A stretch of DNA of 64,000 nt from Polyangiales bacterium (GTDB lineage Bacteria; Myxococcota_A; Polyangia; Polyangiales; Polyangiaceae), in contig JBBRNJ010000041.1 of NCBI GenBank assembly GCA_038230375.1, positions 1 to 64,000 of the forward strand. Reading direction: 5' to 3'. The notes beneath the pieces are model-generated. The model did not search any database. It was not told where the DNA came from and saw nothing but the letters and a program-made list of their open reading frames with translations. Every line of letters starts with the position of its first letter. The stretch's first letter is position 1. This document shows positions 57,588 through 64,000 of this stretch, piece after piece. Made by a program: the position numbers and the translations under genes.

Positions 57588-58670
57588 TCAGGGCCTGCAG
57601 ATCTCGTCCACGTGAGGAGCGAGCAGCTTGCTGGGGTCCGACTGCGAGTCCGCGCGCTCGAGCGCTGGACGTAGCTTCTCGAGACCTGCGATCAGCTTCG
57701 CGAAGGAGCCGCAGCGCGCGAGCATCTCCGACATCTCGGCCTTGCCCGAGCCATAGGTCTTGTACTGGATGAGCGTCGCGTTCGTGATGGGCCTACGCAT
57801 CTTGGTCTCGTCGCGCAGCGCGTGGAGGATGCGCGCCTTCTCTGCGAGCTTCTCCGCACGCGGTGTGTCCGACGCGTAGAGTGTTGCGAGCTTGCCGTAC
57901 GCGACCTGGAACAACGCCCCGCGGCGATCGCCCTGTGCCTCCTCCTCGAAGTACGCGCGTGTCTCTGGCGCATCGGCGCCCACGCGCTCACGCATGTACG
58001 CGCCCGCCAGCCCGTCGCCCACGAACGACGCCATGCTCTCGTTCAACGTGCTCTGCCCCGCAACGTAGAACGTCGCATGAAGGGACTCGTGAAGGATCGT
58101 GTTGGCGAGCTCTCCGCGCGCGCCCTTTCCTTCCTCGATCATCGTGCTCAGGATCGGATCGGGGAAGTAGCCGAGCGTCGAGTACGCGCCCGAGCCGCGC
58201 ACGTCCACGTCCCAGCCCTTCACGCGGAGCTCCGCCGCGAAATCGTCCGCGTCCTTGCGCTGGAACCAGCCGAGGTAGCTGATGTTGCCGATGATCGGAA
58301 ACCACTGCGTGCGTGCACGAAACCGCAGGGGCTCGCACGCGGTGGTCACCCACAGCACCTGCGGGCGATGGAGATCGACGTACGTCGTGTAGTTCGTGGT
58401 TGCGCGAAGACCGTGCGCCTCTCCATAGGCTTTCACCTGGGCAACGTCCGCTAGCAGCGCGCGCCGCTCCTTCGTGAGCCAGCCGCCCGAGACGAGCGCG
58501 TTGACGTCGAGCTGCTTTCGCGTGATCTCGTCCTGGCCCGCGCCCGCCTGCGCGAGGTACCGCACTGGCATGCAGCCCATGCCTCCGGCGAGGACCGCGA
58601 ACAGGACGATGGAAGCCAAAAGGCCGCGCCTCGCCGTGATGCGGCGGGAACGGCCTCTCCCAAGAAGCAT
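57588..58670 (-). CDS. Putative zinc aminopeptidase lipoprotein (DUF2265-like)
   Basis: GC..YLAQA..GQ, WFPIIG..SYLGWF, AYSTLGYF.DP, HESLH (HExxH), NESMASFV. Confidence 0.85.
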   Translation of the reverse strand: MLLGRGRSRRITARRGLLASIVLFAVLAGGMGCMPVRYLAQAGAGQDEITRKQLDVNALVSGGWLTKERRALLADVAQVKAYGEAHGLRATTNYTTYVDLHRPQVLWVTTACEPLRFRARTQWFPIIGNISYLGWFQRKDADDFAAELRVKGWDVDVRGSGAYSTLGYFPDPILSTMIEEGKGARGELANTILHESLHATFYVAGQSTLNESMASFVGDGLAGAYMRERVGADAPETRAYFEEEAQGDRRGALFQVAYGKLATLYASDTPRAEKLAEKARILHALRDETKMRRPITNATLIQYKTYGSGKAEMSEMLARCGSFAKLIAGLEKLRPALERADSQSDPSKLLAPHVDEICRP

Positions 58671-58677
58671 GCGCTGC

Positions 58678-59040
58678 CTACGAATAATCTTTCTCGAGGC
58701 GCTCTTGATCTTCCTTGCAGCGGATGCAGAGCGTGGTCTCCGGGCGCGCTTCCAGGCGCTTCACGGAGATCTCCTCGCCGCACTCCTCGCAGGTGCCGAA
58801 GGTGCCGTCCTCGATCTTGCGGAGCGCCTTCTCGATCTTGTCGAGGAACACCTTCTCACGCCCACGAAGGCGGAACGTGAACGACTGGAGGTATTCGCTC
58901 GAGGCGAGATCCATCTCGTCCGGGAGATCGTTTGCGTCGAGGGTCATGTCCTCTTCTAGCGTCTGCTTCGCCTTCTTGACGATTTCGTCCCGCTTCTCCA
59001 CGAGCAGCGTTTTGAATCTCTTGAGCTCTATTTTCTTCAC
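58678..59040 (-). CDS. dksA: DksA/TraR-family C4 zinc-finger protein
   Basis: DEMDLA acidic tip (DxxDxA); CEECGEEI..RLEARP..TLCIRCK. Confidence 0.9.
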   Translation of the reverse strand: MKKIELKRFKTLLVEKRDEIVKKAKQTLEEDMTLDANDLPDEMDLASSEYLQSFTFRLRGREKVFLDKIEKALRKIEDGTFGTCEECGEEISVKRLEARPETTLCIRCKEDQERLEKDYS

Positions 59041-59160
59041 GGCGATCACGCTCCGAAAGAGGCTTGTGGCTTGTGGGCTCGGGACGTTCCCCCCGTCCGA
59101 GTCCCCCGGGCGCAGGCCAAAGGGAACAGCGAGAGTAACGCCCTTCGTCCGGGGGGGAAG

Positions 59161-59189
59161 ACCTTAAACACCCGAATGACGAACGTCAA
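59161..59189 (-). promoter_or_regulatory. Putative sigma70 promoter of dksA
   Basis: Minus strand TTGACG-17 nt-TAAGGT, about 120 nt upstream of the start. Confidence 0.55.
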
Positions 59190-59286
59190 TCGCAGGGTGT
59201 GCGCACGGGCTTCATTCCGCATTCCGCGTGATTCTTCCGTGCAGGCCACGATTCGGTCTTGCGAAAAGTGCGGTATCAAGGTGGGC

Positions 59287-60384
59287 ATGTCCTTCTTTGC
59301 CGGGCTCGACGAGAACGGCCTCGGCCCACTGCTCGGGCCGCTGGTCGTCACGGGCGTGCTCGCGCGCGCCACCGATGCGGCGGGAGAAAAGCGGATCGAG
59401 AAGAAGGCGCCGAAGCGCCTCATGGCCCGCCTCGGTGATTCGAAGGCTCTCGTCTCGCACGACGACAATGTGCTCGGCGAGGCGTGGGCGCGTGAGCTCT
59501 GCTTCGGAGCCGCTGGCGCGGACGTGCCCATGGACGACCTGCTCGACGCGCTGCTCGCCGACCCGCGCTCGCACTACCTCTCGCTGTGCCCTTCGCATCA
59601 CGCCGACCATTGCTTCGGCGCGGGACACGCGCGCGCGGAAGACGCGGGCGACGAGCGCAACGCCAGCCTGGCCACGCTCCGCGACGACGTACTGCGCGAT
59701 CGGGCCGCGCTCGCCAAGTTGGGCATCGAGATCGTGCGCGTGCGCTCGATCGTCGTGTGCAACCGGATGCTCAACAATGCGACCGCGCGCGGCGTGTCGC
59801 GCTTCCAGACGGACCTGCACGCGATGGAGCGCCTGGTCCTGGAGTTTCGCGAGCACGCGGGCGCGCGCATCACCGCGACGTGCGGCAAGGTCGGCGGCTT
59901 CGACTACTACGAGGACGCGTTCGGTCCGCTTGCTGGCTACCTGAAGACGAAGGTGGTGGAGTCGCGCAAGATCAGCACGTACGAGGTGCTGGGCGTGGGT
60001 CGCGTCTCGTTCGTGATGGATGCGGACGCATCGAACATGCTCGTGTCGCTCGCGTCGCTCGTGGGCAAGTGGGTACGCGACGCGCTCATGGGCAAGATCC
60101 TGGGCTACTACCGCGCGCACGATCCCACCCTTCCCATGGCGAGCGGCTACCACGATCCCGTGACGCGCGCGTTCGTGCAGCAGACGTCCCTGATTCGCAA
60201 GGAGCGGCGCATCGAGGACGCGTGCTTTGCACGGGCCGCCGCACCGACGAAGGTACGGAGGAACGCCGAGAGCAGCGCGGAGCTTACTTCTTCGCCGAAG
60301 AGGGCGGTGCCGCCGAGGACGACGGTGCTGAAGACGGTGCAGAAGAGGACGAAGAAGGCGCCGCTCCAGAAAGAAGCGACTTGA
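59287..60384 (+). CDS. Ribonuclease HII-like protein
   Basis: AGLDENGLGPLLGPLVV, GDSK, DAD...VSLASLVGK..RD, SGYHDPVT. Confidence 0.8.
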   Translation: MSFFAGLDENGLGPLLGPLVVTGVLARATDAAGEKRIEKKAPKRLMARLGDSKALVSHDDNVLGEAWARELCFGAAGADVPMDDLLDALLADPRSHYLSLCPSHHADHCFGAGHARAEDAGDERNASLATLRDDVLRDRAALAKLGIEIVRVRSIVVCNRMLNNATARGVSRFQTDLHAMERLVLEFREHAGARITATCGKVGGFDYYEDAFGPLAGYLKTKVVESRKISTYEVLGVGRVSFVMDADASNMLVSLASLVGKWVRDALMGKILGYYRAHDPTLPMASGYHDPVTRAFVQQTSLIRKERRIEDACFARAAAPTKVRRNAESSAELTSSPKRAVPPRTTVLKTVQKRTKKAPLQKEAT

Positions 60385-61468
60385 GCAGGGACACCGCGTC
60401 GTCCTTGGCGATGCGAACGGCAGCCTGTTTGTCGGGTGCGCCGGCCGCGGAGAGCGCGTACTCCTCGTCAGACACACCGAACACCGCGCTCGCCTTGCGA
60501 CCGACGTAGAGCTCCACCTTTGGCGCGTCCTTGCTGGCGCTCACGGTGAGGTGCACGGCCTCGTCGCCCACGCTGGCGATCGGAAGCGCGCCGGGCCGCC
60601 CGCGCAGGGTCTTCATGGCGTCCTTCGCCTGTTCCGCGTCCGTGGTGGCGAGCGAGAGAACGCGCCAGCGCTTGCCGCCATCCGCGTAGTAGCCGATCGC
60701 GCCTGCACCCATGTTGCCGATTCCGTACGGCTCCTTCTGCGCCCACACGATGCCGTTGGGGAGCAGGCCCGCCTTCGGGAGCATGAGCGCGGCGACCGGA
60801 GGCTCCGCACCGCCAGGCAGCTTCTCGCCGATGTCCTTGCCGAGCGCCGTGAGGATCGCCTCGCTCGACTTCGCGAGCGCATCGGGCGACTCCTGCTCGT
60901 TGTTGTACTGCAGCTCCACGAGGTACTTGCCGCGCCACACGTACGCGCGCCCGGTGCCGATGGCGCCGCGGCCCTTCGCTGCGAGAACGCGCGGCGCAGT
61001 CTTGTCGGCGGGGTCGCCGGAGACGACGCGAAACGTGTAGAAGCCATACGCTGCGGGCTCGTCCGAGAGCTCCGAGAGCACGACGTCCGCGGTGCCGCCC
61101 TTGCCGCCGCCATCGATGTAGCGGAGCGTGACGAGCCGCTTCAGGCCGAAGCGCTTGTACACCTCGATGTCGCCGTCGAACGGGACGTCGGCGACGAGCT
61201 GCTTTGCGCGGTCGCCGTAGGTCTTCGTCTCTCCCTGGGGATCGATGCAGTATGCAAGCGTCGTCTTCGGGAAGAACGCGGCGCTGACGGTGTCCTTCAC
61301 GTCGCCGGGCGTCGCGCAGGCAGAGGCCTTCGCGGCCGACGAGACCGTGGGAGGAGGAGGAGGCTTGTCGCCGCCCCGCTGGGTGGAGTCGTCCTTGCTT
61401 GGACAGCCGAGGAGCAGCGAAGCGCTTATGGAAGCGGTGGCGAGGACGGCAAGACGCGCGAAGTCCAT
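60284..61468 (-). CDS. Hypothetical lipoprotein (DUF6599-like)
   Basis: Lipobox LLGC. FDG..EVYKRFG..LVTLRY, AYGFY, WRGKYLVEL. Confidence 0.7.
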   Translation of the reverse strand: MDFARLAVLATASISASLLLGCPSKDDSTQRGGDKPPPPPTVSSAAKASACATPGDVKDTVSAAFFPKTTLAYCIDPQGETKTYGDRAKQLVADVPFDGDIEVYKRFGLKRLVTLRYIDGGGKGGTADVVLSELSDEPAAYGFYTFRVVSGDPADKTAPRVLAAKGRGAIGTGRAYVWRGKYLVELQYNNEQESPDALAKSSEAILTALGKDIGEKLPGGAEPPVAALMLPKAGLLPNGIVWAQKEPYGIGNMGAGAIGYYADGGKRWRVLSLATTDAEQAKDAMKTLRGRPGALPIASVGDEAVHLTVSASKDAPKVELYVGRKASAVFGVSDEEYALSAAGAPDKQAAVRIAKDDAVSLLKSLLSGAAPSSSSSAPSSAPSSSAAPPSSAKK

Positions 61469-61612
61469 GGCCTCCGTTTACACCGGAGCACTCCCATGAG
61501 GCTACGCACGTTTTTCATAGCGCCTCGCAAGAACGCGCGTAGGACCCAGTGTCGACGGTTCTCCCACCTGCGTTTTCATCGCTCAAATCGGGGCCAACCA
61601 TGCTGGTTTCTG

Positions 61613-61628
61613 CGGCATGTCGCTTGCT
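61613..61628 (+). promoter_or_regulatory. Putative sigma54 (-24/-12) promoter of the minor pilin cluster
   Basis: CGGCATGTCGCTTGCT matches TGGCACG-N4-TTGCW with exact GG-N10-GC spacing, 38 nt before the ATG. Confidence 0.6.
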
Positions 61629-61666
61629 TGAACGGGGGGGTGGCGCCGTCGCTCAAGGGGATTTTC

Positions 61667-62365
61667 ATGCTGGTAGGACGAACAACGAGGGGAGCAGCAT
61701 GCCGGGCGAACGCGCGCGGTGTGACCCTCATCGAGCTGATGGTCGTAGTGATCATCATCGCCATCTTCGCCGCGATCGCGATCCCCGGCATCGCGAAGTC
61801 GAGCGATGACCGGAGGGCGTTCGAGAAAGCAACGGAGCTCGCGCAGCTGATGCAAGAGGCACGTGGGCGCGCGCTCGCGACCGGCTCCGCGCAGATGGTG
61901 GGATTGGAAGTGAACGGCACCACGACACGCGGCCGCTTCATGGCCTACGAGGCCATCTACAACAAGCAGCCCACAGCGAACTGCCTCACGTACCAGCAGT
62001 GGGGCGGAACCCCCGAGACGAACGCCGTAGGAACCGTCACCACGCCCGTTGCGCCGCCCGCGGTGGGCCCGGGCGTGAAGCTCATCAACGGTATGAACCT
62101 GGACTATTCGGGGACCAGCGATCTTCAGGCAAGGCTTGTCCTGTCCGGTGTGCCCGTCGTCGGAACCTTCTCGTACCTCTGCTTCAGCCCGGGGGGCCGT
62201 GTCTACTACTACGGGACAGCGGCAGCGGCGGTGAACGGTGCGGGCGTTCCACTCTCGGGCGCGTTCGAGGTTCAAATCGCCCGCTACCCCGGCGGTACGC
62301 GGGAGGGAATCACCCGTAGCGTGATGATCGACGGGACAGACACCGCCCGCGTGAGATCTTTTTGA
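61667..62365 (+). CDS. Type IV minor pilin (FimT/FimU-like)
   Basis: Prepilin motif RG|VTLIELMVVVIII...AIP; EARGRALA. Confidence 0.88.
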   Translation: MLVGRTTRGAACRANARGVTLIELMVVVIIIAIFAAIAIPGIAKSSDDRRAFEKATELAQLMQEARGRALATGSAQMVGLEVNGTTTRGRFMAYEAIYNKQPTANCLTYQQWGGTPETNAVGTVTTPVAPPAVGPGVKLINGMNLDYSGTSDLQARLVLSGVPVVGTFSYLCFSPGGRVYYYGTAAAAVNGAGVPLSGAFEVQIARYPGGTREGITRSVMIDGTDTARVRSF

Positions 62366-62373
62366 GGCCATCG

Positions 62374-62931
62374 ATGACCTTCACACAAACCAAGAAGCGC
62401 AACTCGCTCGACGCACGCTCGGGATCACGCGCGGGCTACACCGTTGCCGAGGTCATGGTCGCCATCTCTCTGTTCGCGATCGGCGGCAGCGGCGTCATCG
62501 CGATGGAGACCACGGCGATCCGCGGAAACGACGTCGCACGCCGCCTGGACCAGGCCTCGATCGTCGGAAACGGATACATCGACGGCATCCAGAAGGGAGT
62601 GCTCACCTGGGTCAAGCCCCCCGGCGGCGCAGTCCCCGCCCCGCCAGCGATCTTTCCGGCGATTGACAGCGGTACGTGGAGCGCAGGCTCGGCCACGGGC
62701 TACGACATCAACGGCCTCCAGACCGCCAGCAGGATCATCTTCTGCGTGCAACATCAGGACACGTCGCTGCAGAAGATAGGCGGCATCCCGTCCGTGCTGC
62801 GGTCCGACGTTGTTGTCTACTGGAAGATGAACCGCGACACGTTCGTCACCTGCGCCGCACCCCCTGGTCCGGCCGACCCTCTGTACCACTACCTCTATCT
62901 GACGACCGTCTCCAAGGTGCAGACGCCATGA
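62374..62931 (+). CDS. Type IV minor pilin (PilV-like)
   Basis: Prepilin motif AG|YTVAEVMVAISLFAIG. Confidence 0.85.
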   Translation: MTFTQTKKRNSLDARSGSRAGYTVAEVMVAISLFAIGGSGVIAMETTAIRGNDVARRLDQASIVGNGYIDGIQKGVLTWVKPPGGAVPAPPAIFPAIDSGTWSAGSATGYDINGLQTASRIIFCVQHQDTSLQKIGGIPSVLRSDVVVYWKMNRDTFVTCAAPPGPADPLYHYLYLTTVSKVQTP

Positions 62932-64000
62932 GATCTCGCCTGTCACGATCTTCCCGGCCGTTTCGCTCTTCTCGGAGCGCGGGCTTCACGATGGTGGAGC
63001 TGTTGATCGCGATGATCTCGGGGCTGGTCGTCGTGCTCTCCGTCGTTGCCATGGGACGCGACGCGACCACCACGTTCCACCACGAGATGAGGGTCGCCTC
63101 CACCCAGATGACCCAGCGCATGGCCGCGCAGCGACTTCGCGCGGATCTCGAGCGCGTGGGCTTCATGGCGACGGGGAACATGCTTCAAGACCCCAAGATC
63201 GCTCACTGCCAGCATGTTGCGGCGGCACCTTGCTTGGCGGCCGACGACGTAGGCGCGTTCCCCACGTACCTTGATACAGTCGGCGAGACGGGCCTCACCA
63301 CGTTGATGAGCGTGCGGCTCAACATCGGTGGCTCGACCATCGGCCCAGAGCACGCGAACGTGCTCACCTACTCGGGTCTCCAGGCACCCGCGCTTACTCC
63401 AGACGCGATCGAGCTCGTTGGTAACTTCACCACGGCCGATGAGTTCACCGCCTCGATCGATCAGTCGACGCTGCTCGCGACTGGCTGTGCTGGCGGCGCA
63501 CGCATCTACCTCGAGGCGAAGGACCCAGCCGTCATCCGGCTGCTCTACACCCGCTCGGGCGTGTATGACCCCGTCGCGGCGAAGAACGCCCTGATCGCGG
63601 CGTTCTCACCCGTCTACGACACAGCGACATTCAAGGCGCCGCGGTTCGGTATCCGGGTCTCGGACAACTCCGTTTCGCACTACCAGTATGCCACCATCTG
63701 CGGCGCACCGAACTCGATCGATATCGCGCCCGCCGTGGCCGAGGCCCTTGGCGGCACGGGCCTGCCGCGCCCGTACATCGACACTGCCCACGCGCTCATG
63801 ACACAGGACCTTGGCATTGGCGGTATCACGCCAGGTCAGGGAGCCGGCAGCAACGTGGTCGTCAACCCGGTGCAGTCAGTTCGCTGGGAGATCACGCAGC
63901 GTTCCGCCTACGGCGACGCTCCGACAGTGGCAAGAGGTACGCTGCTCGAGACCCCAGCCATCGAAGCGCTCTCGACCGCACGTTTCGAGCTCGTTCGCAC
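62928..64000 (+). CDS. Type IV minor pilin (PilW-like), truncated by the window end
   Basis: Manually translated MRSRLSRSSRPFRSSRSAG|FTMVELLIAMISGLVVV...LRADLERVGF. ATGA overlap with the previous gene; no stop seen before the edge. Confidence 0.85.
   Translation, partial: MRSRLSRSSRPFRSSRSAGFTMVELLIAMISGLVVVLSVVAMGRDATTTFHHEMRVASTQMTQRMAAQRLRADLERVGFMATGNMLQDPKIAHCQHVAAAPCLAADDVGAFPTYLDTVGETGLTTLMSVRLNIGGSTIGPEHANVLTYSGLQAPALTPDAIELVGNFTTADEFTASIDQSTLLATGCAGGARIYLEAKDPAVIRLLYTRSGVYDPVAAKNALIAAFSPVYDTATFKAPRFGIRVSDNSVSHYQYATICGAPNSIDIAPAVAEALGGTGLPRPYIDTAHALMTQDLGIGGITPGQGAGSNVVVNPVQSVRWEITQRSAYGDAPTVARGTLLETPAIEALSTARFELVR

Noticed and set aside
60551..61666. Long N-terminal extensions in the ORF track (pilin 604 aa, also OmpA 825 aa, RsmA 423 aa, MutS 904 aa)
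   Set aside because: They overlap neighbouring real genes or intergenic DNA; downstream starts fit signal peptides and family N-termini better.

Overview
GC-rich bacterial chromosomal DNA. It is most likely Myxococcota (Polyangiales-like), inferred from a MYXO-CTERM-type tail, several AgmX/PglI (TonB-C-like) domains and many lipoproteins. About 46 protein-coding genes can be supported; no rRNA, tRNA, CRISPR array or transposase was seen. Housekeeping genes are gcvT, gcvH, mutS, rsmA, uvrA, a dksA-family gene, an RNase HII-like gene, a MoxR/DUF58 operon and a minor type IV pilin cluster running off the right edge. They are interspersed with accessory surface, lytic and immunity-like genes. The top candidate for an undescribed system is at 21440-23289. 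A DUF692 multinuclear non-heme iron oxidase (MNIO) resembling ChrH is translationally coupled to a 244-aa putative lipoprotein. That lipoprotein carries a ChrA-type CPGCGMG core motif internally, followed by an AgmX/PglI (TonB-C-like) domain, and no ChrI-like partner is visible. The pair ends a tightly coupled gcvT-gcvH-(Ser/Thr kinase-macrodomain)-MNIO-substrate gene run that lacks gcvP. Also notable: a tandem pair of giant FecR-VIT-VWA-TonB-C-TPR paralogs, the second broken by one in-frame TGA; a possible ExbB-ExbB-ExbD single-chain fusion; and a 59-aa gene below the ORF-track cutoff. All family assignments come from motif recognition by eye, not from database searches.
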